Source: a virus
Lineage: Duplodnaviria; Heunggongvirae; Uroviricota; Caudoviricetes
Direction: 5' to 3' (one strand)
Virus record (IMG/VR): IMGVR_UViG_3300029498_000057
DNA: 7,881 bases
The translations under genes and the position numbers were made by a program. Positions within the stretch are counted from its first letter, which is position 1. Every line of letters begins with the position of its first letter. The notes under the pieces are model-generated. The model saw nothing but the letters and a program-made list of their open reading frames with translations. It was not told the DNA's origin and ran no database searches. Below are positions 1 through 6,000 of this stretch, piece after piece.

Positions 1-67
1 CCCGTTTTCCTGTCATCAGGTCATGCAGTGCCGCACGGGCAGCGGCAAGTTCTTCCTGTCGCGTCAT
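1..67 (-). CDS. W: Head-tail joining protein W (gpW), N-terminal 22 codons only; gene continues beyond the window start
   Basis: Reverse complement of 1..67 translates to [22 protein letters not shown], which I recognise as the start of phage lambda gpW. Its ATG (67..65) overlaps the TGA stop of the terminase large subunit gene (66..64) in an ATGA arrangement. Absent from the ORF track because it is cut by the window edge. Confidence 0.8.
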   Translation of the reverse strand, partial: MTRQEELAAARAALHDLMTGKR

Positions 68-1989
68 TCATCCTCTCCGGATAAGGCACGGGCGTAATCT
101 GCCAGTGTTTTCTTGTTGGTTGCTGCACCATCCTCTTCCTGCAGGCTCGCCAGCAGCGCACTGAGATCCAGCTGCCAGCGGGAAATACTGATGCGCAGCG
201 CCGCCAGCGCATAAACGAAGCAGTCGAGTGCCTCATTGCGTCGCTTTTTGCTGTCCCACAGTATTTTTTTCCTGCCATCCACCCATTTTTCGACCTGCTC
301 TTCAGCAGTCAGCTGCTGCGCTTCGGTCAGATCAAAAATATCCGGGTTATTCGGGAAGTGAACGGCACCGGGAAGCGGTTCATCCCCTTCCGGCGTCAGT
401 GTGAAGCGGTTATAAATCTGCTCTTTCGCGGTATCCGTACCGATTTCGGTAAGGTAAACCCCGTTTTTGTTTCGCTTACGTGGCATGCTGGCCACCGGCT
501 TTCCGTAGACGGATGCCCCTTTAATGGGGATCACCCGGAACAGCCCATGTTTTTTCGAGCGTTCATACACAATGGTCGGGTCAATCCCGCCAGTATCCCA
601 GCAGATACGGGATACCGACATCTCTGCACCATTCCGGCGGGTATAGGTTTTATTGATGGCCTCATCCACACGCAGCAGCGTCTGTTCATCGTCGTGGCGG
701 CCCATAATAATCTGCCGGTCAATCAGCCAGCTTTCCTCACCCGGCCCCCATCCCCATACGCGCATTTCGTAGCGATCCAGCTGGGAGTCGATACCGGCGG
801 TCAGGTAAGCCACACGGTCAGGAACGGACGCTGAATAATGCTCTTTCCGCTCTGCCATCACTTCAGCATCCGGACGTTCGCCGATTTTCGCTTCCCATGT
901 CTCACCGAGCGTGGTGTTCACGAAGGTTTTACGTTTTCCCGTATCCCCTTTCGTCTTCATCCAGTCTTTGACAATCTGAACCCAGGTGGTGAACGGGCTG
1001 TACGCCGTCCAGATGTGAAAGGTCACACTGTCCGGCGGCTCAATCTCTTCACCGGATGACGAAAACCAGAGAATGCCATCACGGGTCCAGATCCCGGTCT
1101 TTTCGCAGATATAACGGGCATCAGTGAAGTCCAGCTCCTGCTGACGGATGACGCAGGCATTATGCTCGCAGAGATAAAACACGCTGGAGGGATCATCCGG
1201 CGTCCATTTGAGGCCAAACGGCGTCTCTTTATCGCCAAATTTAAGGTACTGCTCCTCCCCACAGTGCGGGCAGGCAACATGAAAACGCATAAAATGCGGG
1301 GATTCACTGGCTGCACGCTCAATCTGGCAGGTGCCTCTCACTTTGGGCGTGGAGCCACGGATGGACTTTGGCCAGACCGAGCCTTCAATACGCTTATCGC
1401 CCAGGAACGTTGGAGAGCCTTCCTGTTCAATATCCTCATCAAAGGCAGCAAGTTCATCATAACCCGCCACATCCACTGACTTTTCACGGTAGTTTTTTGC
1501 CGCTTTACCGCCCAGGCACCAGAAGCCACGCCCATTGGTGAAACGCTTCATGGTGAGCGTGTTATCCCGGTGCTTTTTGCCATACCACGGGGCCAGCGCC
1601 AGCAGCGACGGAATATCACGAATAGTCGGCTCAACGTGGGTTTTCATAAAGTTCTCGGCATCACCATCCGTCGGCAACCAGATAAGGGTGTTGCGCTGCT
1701 TATGCTCTATGAAGTAGGCATAAACACCCAGCAGCATTTTGGAATAACCGACACGGGCAGACTTCACCACATTCACCTCACGGATGTAGTCGCTGCCCAT
1801 CGCATTCATGATGGCCCGCTGAAAGGGCAGTGTTTCCCAGCGCCCTTCCTGGTATGCGGATTCTTTCGGGAGATAGTAACTGGCATCCGCCCATTCAACG
1901 GCAGTCTGTGGCTCCGGCCTGAACAGGGCTCGCAGCCCGGCGCGTACATCACGCCGCAGAATATCAATCTGACTGTTCGATATATTCAC
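64..1989 (-). CDS. A: Terminase large subunit (lambda gpA-like), 641 aa, apparently intact
   Basis: 641-aa ORF; translation (MNISNSQ...[18 protein letters not shown]...[37 protein letters not shown]) is near-identical along its length to lambda gpA as I recall it, including the Walker-A-like KSARVGYS segment. Same length as lambda gpA. Start overlaps the 3' end of the small-subunit gene by 26 nt, as in lambda. Gene order W-A-Nu1-cos matches lambda. Confidence 0.97.
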   Translation of the reverse strand: MNISNSQIDILRRDVRAGLRALFRPEPQTAVEWADASYYLPKESAYQEGRWETLPFQRAIMNAMGSDYIREVNVVKSARVGYSKMLLGVYAYFIEHKQRNTLIWLPTDGDAENFMKTHVEPTIRDIPSLLALAPWYGKKHRDNTLTMKRFTNGRGFWCLGGKAAKNYREKSVDVAGYDELAAFDEDIEQEGSPTFLGDKRIEGSVWPKSIRGSTPKVRGTCQIERAASESPHFMRFHVACPHCGEEQYLKFGDKETPFGLKWTPDDPSSVFYLCEHNACVIRQQELDFTDARYICEKTGIWTRDGILWFSSSGEEIEPPDSVTFHIWTAYSPFTTWVQIVKDWMKTKGDTGKRKTFVNTTLGETWEAKIGERPDAEVMAERKEHYSASVPDRVAYLTAGIDSQLDRYEMRVWGWGPGEESWLIDRQIIMGRHDDEQTLLRVDEAINKTYTRRNGAEMSVSRICWDTGGIDPTIVYERSKKHGLFRVIPIKGASVYGKPVASMPRKRNKNGVYLTEIGTDTAKEQIYNRFTLTPEGDEPLPGAVHFPNNPDIFDLTEAQQLTAEEQVEKWVDGRKKILWDSKKRRNEALDCFVYALAALRISISRWQLDLSALLASLQEEDGAATNKKTLADYARALSGEDE

Positions 1990-2509
1990 TCAGCAACCCC
2001 GGTATCAGTTCATCCAGCGCGGCTGCTTTGTTCATGGCTTTGATGATATCCCGTTTCAGGAAATCAACATGTCGGTTTTCCAGTTCCGGAAAACGCCGCT
2101 GTACCGAGAGAGGGATCCCGTCAAGAATACTGGCAATTTCACCTGCGATCCGTGACAGCACGAAAGTACAGAATGCGGTTTCCACCACCTCTGCGGAGTC
2201 TTTGGCATTCTTCAGCTCCTGTGCGTCGGCCTGCGCACGCGTAAGTCGATGGCGTTCGTACTCAATAGTCCCAGGCTGGAGATCTGCCTCACTGGCAGCC
2301 CTGTAATCCACAACCTCTTTACGGAGTTTTTCATTTTCGATATCAGCTTCCCTCTGCGCATACCACTGAATTGCCATGGCGGTATCAAATACAGATTCAA
2401 CGCCCTTACCACCTCCGGAGACGCAAGGGAGTCCCTGAGACTGCCAGCGTTCAATCGTTCGCGGATCCACGTTGAAAATTTCGGCAAGTTTCTTTTTATT
2501 AACCTTCAT
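1964..2509 (-). CDS. Nu1: Terminase small subunit (Nu1-like), 181 aa; C-terminal two thirds lambda-like, N-terminal DNA-binding region divergent (phage 21-like)
   Basis: 181-aa [32 protein letters not shown]...; from about [19 protein letters not shown] to the C-terminus it matches lambda Nu1 as recalled almost residue for residue, and the first ~70 aa are related but clearly different. Sits directly downstream of a cos site and overlaps the A gene. Confidence 0.95.
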   Translation of the reverse strand: MKVNKKKLAEIFNVDPRTIERWQSQGLPCVSGGGKGVESVFDTAMAIQWYAQREADIENEKLRKEVVDYRAASEADLQPGTIEYERHRLTRAQADAQELKNAKDSAEVVETAFCTFVLSRIAGEIASILDGIPLSVQRRFPELENRHVDFLKRDIIKAMNKAAALDELIPGLLSEYIEQSD

Positions 2510-2519
2510 GAAACAGTCT

Positions 2520-2685
2520 CACAATAAATACAGGGGCCGACATGAAAGTGCCCGAAAATGACTTTTTTAGGCGTTTTCATGTCGGACCTTTTACGGATTC
2601 GATATTAGAAAAAACAAATAGTTATGTTCGAGAAGTACCGACATGATTTTCCCCGGAAAATTTTCATAAATAGCGAAAACCCGCG
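2520..2685 (-). promoter_or_regulatory. cosB (terminase small-subunit binding region) with three R-type repeats (core CATGTCGG) and an A/T-rich I1-like segment
   Basis: Between cosN and the Nu1 start codon. On the minus strand the 8-mer CATGTCGG occurs direct at plus 2638..2645 (R3 position), inverted at 2578..2585 (R2 position) and direct at 2537..2544 (R1 position). This reproduces the direct/inverted/direct R3-R2-R1 architecture of lambda cosB, but the repeat is not lambda's CGTTTCC-type motif. The segment between R3 and R2 (minus strand CATAACTATTTGTTTTTTCT) resembles the lambda I1/IHF region CATAACTTAATGTTTTTATTT as I recall it. Confidence 0.75.
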
Positions 2686-2697
2686 AGGTCGCCGCCC
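2686..2697 (-). other. cosN: 12-nt cohesive-end region (minus strand GGGCGGCGACCT)
   Basis: Reverse complement of 2653..2697 is GGGCGGCGACCTCGCGGGTTTTCGCTATTTATGAAAATTTTCCGG, which is identical to the first 45 nt of the phage lambda genome (left cohesive end) as I recall it. Confidence 0.85.
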
Positions 2698-2753
2698 CGT
2701 AACAGCCCGGATCGCCGGAAAGGACCCGCAAAAATGATAATGGTTATCATTTT
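2698..2753 (-). other. cosQ-side region of cos (lambda right-end-like), including a 10-bp perfect inverted repeat
   Basis: Minus-strand sequence ATGATAACCATTATCATTTTTGCGGGTCCTTTCCGGCGATCCGGGCTGTTACG immediately precedes cosN and closely resembles the last ~55 nt of the lambda genome (...GATGATAATCATTATCACTTTACGGGTCCTTTCCGGTGATCCGACAGGTTACG, from memory). Plus 2731..2740 AAAATGATAA and 2744..2753 TTATCATTTT form a perfect inverted repeat with a 3-bp spacer. Confidence 0.6.
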
Positions 2754-2950
2754 CAATGTAGTCCGGTTTCTTCCACCATCGCACCGGACAGGCGACTATG
2801 AGGGGACAACGCCGCGCTCCGTTAACGCGGTAAACCCCGGTGTGTATCGTTTTTGATTATCCCCGCACACTCGCGCAGAGGAGTCTCCCGGTCGGGCTGC
2901 GGTCTCTGTTAATGCGGGGATACGGCGACAATACCGCGCATCAGCAAAAC

Positions 2951-3418
2951 TTATTTCAGGCACTGAGTGCGGATATATTCCTGCGCCACTTCCAGCTGCT
3001 TCTGCATCAGCATCAACCGCTCTCTGAGAGTGAAATAATCCCGTTCAGCGGTGTCTGCCAGTCGGGGGCCGGTTGCATTATCCACGCCGGAGGTGGTGGG
3101 GGCTTCACGCACGGTACCGGGGCAGGTGGCGTTGATCCGCAGGCGCTTACGACCAGCGGCAACGTCAGCGCGCAGAGTTTCATTTTCAGCTCTCGCATCG
3201 GCTAATTCCCTCGAGTATCTGGCATCAAGTGCAGCAACATCACGCTGGCGCTGCTGCATATCAGTAATGGTTGCATTTGCCTGCTCCAGCTCACTGACTT
3301 TTTTATCGCGCTGCTCTTTGTAGGTTATGGCGTTATCACGGTAATGATTCAGCCCCAGACTAAGCGCACCACAGGCCACCAGCAGGGCAATGATGACCAC
3401 GCACAGTACGCGGTTCAT
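2951..3418 (-). CDS. Rz: Spanin inner-membrane subunit (i-spanin, Rz-like), 155 aa
   Basis: 155-aa ORF with an N-terminal transmembrane segment (VLCVVIIALLVACGALSL) followed by a charged, coiled-coil-like region. Clear similarity to lambda Rz (shared NHYRDNAITYK, ITDMQ.RQRDVAALDA, GVDNA..PRLADTAERDYFTLRERL). Contains an embedded +1-frame Rz1 gene and lies last in the lysis cassette. Confidence 0.93.
   Translation of the reverse strand: MNRVLCVVIIALLVACGALSLGLNHYRDNAITYKEQRDKKVSELEQANATITDMQQRQRDVAALDARYSRELADARAENETLRADVAAGRKRLRINATCPGTVREAPTTSGVDNATGPRLADTAERDYFTLRERLMLMQKQLEVAQEYIRTQCLK
3013..3198 (-). CDS. Rz1: Spanin outer-membrane lipoprotein subunit (o-spanin, Rz1-like), 61 aa, entirely embedded in Rz in another frame
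   Basis: 61-aa ORF MRELKMKLCALTLPLVVSACGSTPPAPVPCVKPPPPPAWIMQPAPDWQTPLNGIISLSESG. Has a lipoprotein signal with lipobox ending at Cys20 and a proline-rich mature part; closely matches lambda Rz1 (CVKPPPPPAWIMQPPPDWQTPLNGIIS). The true start may be the internal Met6. Confidence 0.9.
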   Translation of the reverse strand: MRELKMKLCALTLPLVVSACGSTPPAPVPCVKPPPPPAWIMQPAPDWQTPLNGIISLSESG

Positions 3419-3419
3419 T

Positions 3420-3518
3420 TCACCACCAGCGTATCTGACCGATGAAATAACCGGAGGCCATAATCACAAACACCAGCCAGATAAGAATGAACTTCCAGGT
3501 GGATAATTTTTCAGCCAT
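3420..3518 (-). CDS. Hypothetical small hydrophobic protein (32 aa from ATG 3518; 45 aa if the in-frame GTG at 3557 is used), translationally coupled to Rz
   Basis: Not in the ORF track (below its size cutoff). Minus-strand reading gives MAEKLSTWKFILIWLVFVIMASGYFIGQIRWW then TGA (3422..3420), one nucleotide before the Rz ATG (3418..3416). An in-frame GTG at 3557..3555 is preceded by AAGGAG at a 5-nt spacing; the ATG at 3518 is preceded by GGGAG. One predicted transmembrane helix. No homolog recognised. Confidence 0.4.
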   Translation of the reverse strand: MAEKLSTWKFILIWLVFVIMASGYFIGQIRWW

Positions 3519-3593
3519 CACTCGAATCTCCCGAATCAGTTTGCTAAAATCAAACACACTTTCTCCTTTGACTTTTCCAGAGTCAGGAAACAC

Positions 3594-3636
3594 AAAACCC
3601 CGCTTGCAGCCAACAAACGGGGTTTTTACTTTTATT
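3594..3636. terminator. Rho-independent-terminator-like hairpin with T-runs on both sides (potentially bidirectional) between endolysin and spanin genes
   Basis: Plus strand AAAACCCCGCTTG-CAGCCAA-CAAACGGGGTTTTTACTTTTATT. On the minus strand (the gene strand) the stem is CCCCGTTTG/CAAGCGGGG, 9 bp including one G-U pair, with a 7-nt loop, followed by TTTTGTGTTT. On the plus strand the same hairpin is followed by TTTTTACTTTTATT. Confidence 0.5.
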
Positions 3637-3716
3637 CACTTAGTTTTTGTCAGTTCGCAGGATTTCGTGTTATCCGTCCGTGTAAGCAAACCGCATTTTT
3701 CAGCAAAATATTCTGC

Positions 3717-4250
3717 TTATCTGTCGATACCCCAGCACGCCAGCGCGCTCTCCTGGTCACGACGGGATACCTGACCGTAGCAGTTGTTTGAACGAATACG
3801 GCAGTCTCTGCCACCGTCCTTAATCCACCAGCGAATCGCCTCACACGCTCCCCTGCGATCACCTGCATTAATTCGTTTATAAAACGTCGACGGGAAACAC
3901 TTACCGGGACCAATGTTGTACGGACAGAATGACGCGATCCCCGCTTTCTGGGGTTCGCTCAATGGCACTTTGATGTTTTTCTCCACCCATGCCAGCGCCT
4001 TATCACGCTCAATGGCGTTAACCCGGTCGCATTTTTCCTTCGACAACTTCATGCCCGGAACGACAGGTTTGCCATCCACCAGGATGGCACCGCGGCAGAT
4101 GGTCCAGATACCCGCGCCATCACGGTATGCCGTGGTGTGGTTACCTTCCTTTTCATCCAGAAACTGGTCGAGAATGTCAGGCGCAGGCGCACCAGCGGCA
4201 ATCAGCGCCAGAACGGCAGCCGACAGGCCGTATTTGATTTTGGTGTTCAT
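3717..4250 (-). CDS. R: Endolysin, GH24 (T4-lysozyme-like) family with an N-terminal SAR/signal-anchor-like segment (R of 933W/Qin type), 177 aa
   Basis: 177-aa ORF MNTKIKYGLSAAVLALIAAGAPAP... followed by the lysozyme catalytic region EGNHTTAYRDGAGIWTICRGA (Glu-8aa-Asp-5aa-Thr pattern). The N-terminal Gly/Ala-rich weakly hydrophobic stretch is typical of SAR endolysins. Strong resemblance to the prophage endolysins I recall from Qin (RrrQ) and Stx2 phages. Lies between the holin and Rz. Confidence 0.93.
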   Translation of the reverse strand: MNTKIKYGLSAAVLALIAAGAPAPDILDQFLDEKEGNHTTAYRDGAGIWTICRGAILVDGKPVVPGMKLSKEKCDRVNAIERDKALAWVEKNIKVPLSEPQKAGIASFCPYNIGPGKCFPSTFYKRINAGDRRGACEAIRWWIKDGGRDCRIRSNNCYGQVSRRDQESALACWGIDR

Positions 4251-4313
4251 GGATATTTATCAGGATTTATCGGTTTCTGCCCACGGACAGGTTTATCTGT
4301 TCCGGTCAGTGAC

Positions 4314-4664
4314 TTAAGGTTGTGATTCCGGAGGAGTCTTCAGAGAACCAGTAATTCTTCCCGGTAGCTTTCCTTTGTAGGTTATCCATACATTCTGCGC
4401 CTCTAAAATTACGGGGCGCTTTTCCGGCGACTGCTCATCCCCTTCACATAACCCGGCAGCAACATCCAGGAAGACCTGTCTGATGCTCATTCTGGCTGCT
4501 GCCTCATAAAACTCCAGCGCGGCACCTTCAACACGGTCCAGCGAGATGTCCAGGTCAAAAATTTCACCGTCAAAGCGTTTTTTGTCCCGTAACGCTAAAG
4601 TTACCGTAACTTTATTCTCAAAATTGCGGATCCCTTTCACAATCAGTTCATAGTTTTGAGTCAT
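4314..4664 (-). CDS. ydfR: YdfR-like protein of unknown function (DUF1327-type, family name from memory), 116 aa, inserted between holin and endolysin
   Basis: 116-aa ORF MTQNYELIVKGIRNFENKVTVTLALRDKKRFDGEIFDLDISLDRVEGAALEFYEAAARMSIRQVFLDVA... Start is 4 nt after the holin stop and preceded by GGGGAGAG. The N-terminal ~75 aa resemble E. coli K-12 Qin prophage YdfR as I recall it, which sits in the same position. No transmembrane segment and no catalytic motif recognised. Confidence 0.85.
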   Translation of the reverse strand: MTQNYELIVKGIRNFENKVTVTLALRDKKRFDGEIFDLDISLDRVEGAALEFYEAAARMSIRQVFLDVAAGLCEGDEQSPEKRPVILEAQNVWITYKGKLPGRITGSLKTPPESQP

Positions 4665-4668
4665 TGAA

Positions 4669-4884
4669 TTACTCTCCCCGTGCCGCCTTACGACGGTCCT
4701 CTCTGATTTTGAAATACAGGTTAGTCAGATATGTCAGCAGCCCAAACAGCAGACTCCCCAGCACGCCTATTGCCGCCCACTGAGACGGGGAAACCCTGTC
4801 CAGCAACTGCAGGAACCAGTAGCCCGTTCCCACCGCTGACGTGGTGTATGACACACCTGTTGTGATTTTTTCCATCTGGTCCAT
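4669..4884 (-). CDS. S: Class II holin / pinholin of S21 (phage 21 / Stx-phage S) type, 71 aa, with dual-start motif
   Basis: [71 protein letters not shown]: two transmembrane segments and a charged C-terminus, near-identical to S21/933W S as recalled. Met1 and Met4 give the dual-start arrangement; GGGAGA lies ~8 nt upstream of Met1. The ORF track's 108-aa version (4669..4995) is an upstream over-extension that runs into the IS66 terminal repeat. Confidence 0.9.
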   Translation of the reverse strand: MDQMEKITTGVSYTTSAVGTGYWFLQLLDRVSPSQWAAIGVLGSLLFGLLTYLTNLYFKIREDRRKAARGE

Positions 4885-4903
4885 ACCCCGTCTCCCGTTA
4901 TCC

Positions 4904-4929
4904 GTAACCGGCTCATTTAAACCGTCTGG
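4904..4929 (+). repeat. IS66-family left terminal inverted repeat (IRL), approximate extent
   Basis: GTAACCGGCTCATTTAAACCGTCTGG aligns in inverted orientation with the right end GTAAGCGACTCGTCAGAACCGTATTG (shared GTAA.CG.CTC...AACCGT.T). Boundary placed by the family's characteristic GTAA terminus; exact inner extent uncertain. Confidence 0.6.
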
Positions 4930-4956
4930 TCTGTTTCCTCCGGCTCTACAAAAATA

Positions 4957-5634
4957 ATGTCCATCATTTTTAATGGACACTATCGTATGAAACACCGGAC
5001 CTGGATCACTGAAGCTTTACGTCTTCACTTTGAAGAACATTTACCCCGGGTTGTGGCCGGGCGTCGCCTGGGTGTACCAAAATCAACAGTTTGTAGTATG
5101 TTCGTGCGCTTTCGGAGAGCTGGCCTTTCGTGGCCTTTGCCCGCAGGCATGTCGGAGCAGGAACTTGATGCCTGCCTTTACGGACAATTTTCCACGGTAC
5201 CAGTCGTACGTCCTGAAAGCACCGTTATATCCGAAGCCCCCGTGGTAAAAAAACGTCCCCGGCGGCCCAACTTCCCTTATGAGTTTAAAATCGCCTTAGT
5301 GGAGCAGTCACTGCAGCCCGGAGCCTGTGTGGCGCAGATCGCCCGGGAAAACGGAATCAACGATAACCTGCTCTTCAACTGGCGCCATCAATACCGGAAA
5401 GGTGGCCTGCTGCCTTCCGGAAAAAATATGCCGGCACTGCTTCCCGTGACGTTAACGCCGGAGCCGGATAATAAAATCCCGGCCCCCGCACAGGAACCAG
5501 AGCAGATAAATACACCGTCCGACAGTCTGTGTTGTGAGCTGGTTCTGCCGGCCGGAACTCTCAGGCTTAAAGGTAAACTGACGCCGGCGTTATTACAGAC
5601 ACTTATCCGCGAAATAAAAGGGAGCAGCCACTGA
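4957..5634 (+). CDS. tnpA: IS66-family accessory protein TnpA (Orf1) with an N-terminal helix-turn-helix-like extension, 225 aa
   Basis: The C-terminal half contains the IS66 Orf1 signature ([49 protein letters not shown]). The N-terminal ~100 aa carry an additional HTH-like segment ([21 protein letters not shown]). The start codon is uncertain: ATG 4957, or an in-frame ATG 30 nt downstream. Stop overlaps the tnpB start. Confidence 0.8.
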   Translation: MSIIFNGHYRMKHRTWITEALRLHFEEHLPRVVAGRRLGVPKSTVCSMFVRFRRAGLSWPLPAGMSEQELDACLYGQFSTVPVVRPESTVISEAPVVKKRPRRPNFPYEFKIALVEQSLQPGACVAQIARENGINDNLLFNWRHQYRKGGLLPSGKNMPALLPVTLTPEPDNKIPAPAQEPEQINTPSDSLCCELVLPAGTLRLKGKLTPALLQTLIREIKGSSH

Positions 5635-5981
5635 TGATATCTCTCCCTGCAGGTTCGCGTATCTGGCTGGTTGCAGGTATCACCGATATGCGAAATGGCT
5701 TTAACGGCCTGGCATCAAAAGTTCAGAACGTCCTGAAGGATGACCCGTTCTCCGGACACCTGTTCATCTTCCGCGGACGCCGGGGTGACCAGATAAAAGT
5801 GTTGTGGGCTGACAGTGACGGACTGTGCCTCTTCACCAAACGCCTGGAGCGGGGCCGCTTCGTCTGGCCAGTCACCCGTGACGGCAAGGTGCACCTTACT
5901 CCGGCTCAGTTATCCATGCTTCTTGAAGGTATCAACTGGAAGCACCCGAAACGAACGGAACGCGCTGGAATCCGCATATAA
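5634..5981 (+). CDS. tnpB: IS66-family Orf2 (TnpB accessory protein; not the IS200/IS605 TnpB nuclease), 115 aa
   Basis: [79 protein letters not shown]... is the highly conserved IS66 Orf2 sequence pattern. Its ATG overlaps the upstream stop (TGATG), a typical translational coupling in this family. Confidence 0.93.
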   Translation: MISLPAGSRIWLVAGITDMRNGFNGLASKVQNVLKDDPFSGHLFIFRGRRGDQIKVLWADSDGLCLFTKRLERGRFVWPVTRDGKVHLTPAQLSMLLEGINWKHPKRTERAGIRI

Positions 5982-6000
5982 CCCGTTGTAAAGTGAGGAT

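Noticed and set aside
21-2043. Several ORFs of 60-171 aa from the six-frame track inside or antisense to the terminase large-subunit gene (21..278 -, 358..834 +, 531..722 -, 838..1059 +, 1023..1322 -, 1162..1479 +, 1338..1535 -, 1535..1717 +, 1570..2043 +)
   Set aside because: All lie within the well-supported 641-aa gpA reading frame, on the opposite strand or in alternative frames. They have no ribosome-binding sites or recognisable motifs, and several have low-complexity Arg/Cys/Trp-rich translations typical of out-of-frame reading of GC-rich coding DNA.
2028-2527. ORFs 2028..2306 +, 2212..2487 - and 2249..2527 + overlapping Nu1
   Set aside because: Alternative-frame or antisense ORFs inside the Nu1 gene. 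Nu1 itself is strongly supported by homology and position.
2840-3323. ORFs 2840..3205 + and 3051..3323 + antisense to Rz/Rz1
   Set aside because: Antisense to two mutually embedded, well-supported spanin genes; no motifs or ribosome-binding sites. Only Rz1 (3013..3198 -) is a genuine embedded gene.
3680-3695. GTAAGC motif in the R-Rz gap (about 3683) as a possible second IS66-type terminus
   Set aside because: Only a 6-nt match to the IS66 terminal GTAAGCG, with no partner inverted repeat or transposase remnant nearby. Most likely chance.
3640-3700. Sigma70-like promoter upstream of the small ORF (minus-strand CTGACA ... GTAAAA)
   Set aside because: The -35-like hexamer is reasonable but the -10 candidate is poor and the spacing ambiguous. 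Expression is more simply explained by read-through of the late transcript.
3487-4325. ORFs 3487..3774 +, 3650..3913 -, 3913..4317 + and 4137..4325 + around the endolysin gene
   Set aside because: Overlap the endolysin on the opposite strand or in another frame, or run antisense through the terminator hairpin. Translations are low-complexity and none has a credible start context.
4669-4995. 108-aa version of the holin ORF in the track (start at 4995)
   Set aside because: The upstream 37 codons read through the IS66 left terminal repeat and bear no resemblance to holins. The holin begins at the internal MDQMEK dual-start motif (ATG at 4884) with its own ribosome-binding site.
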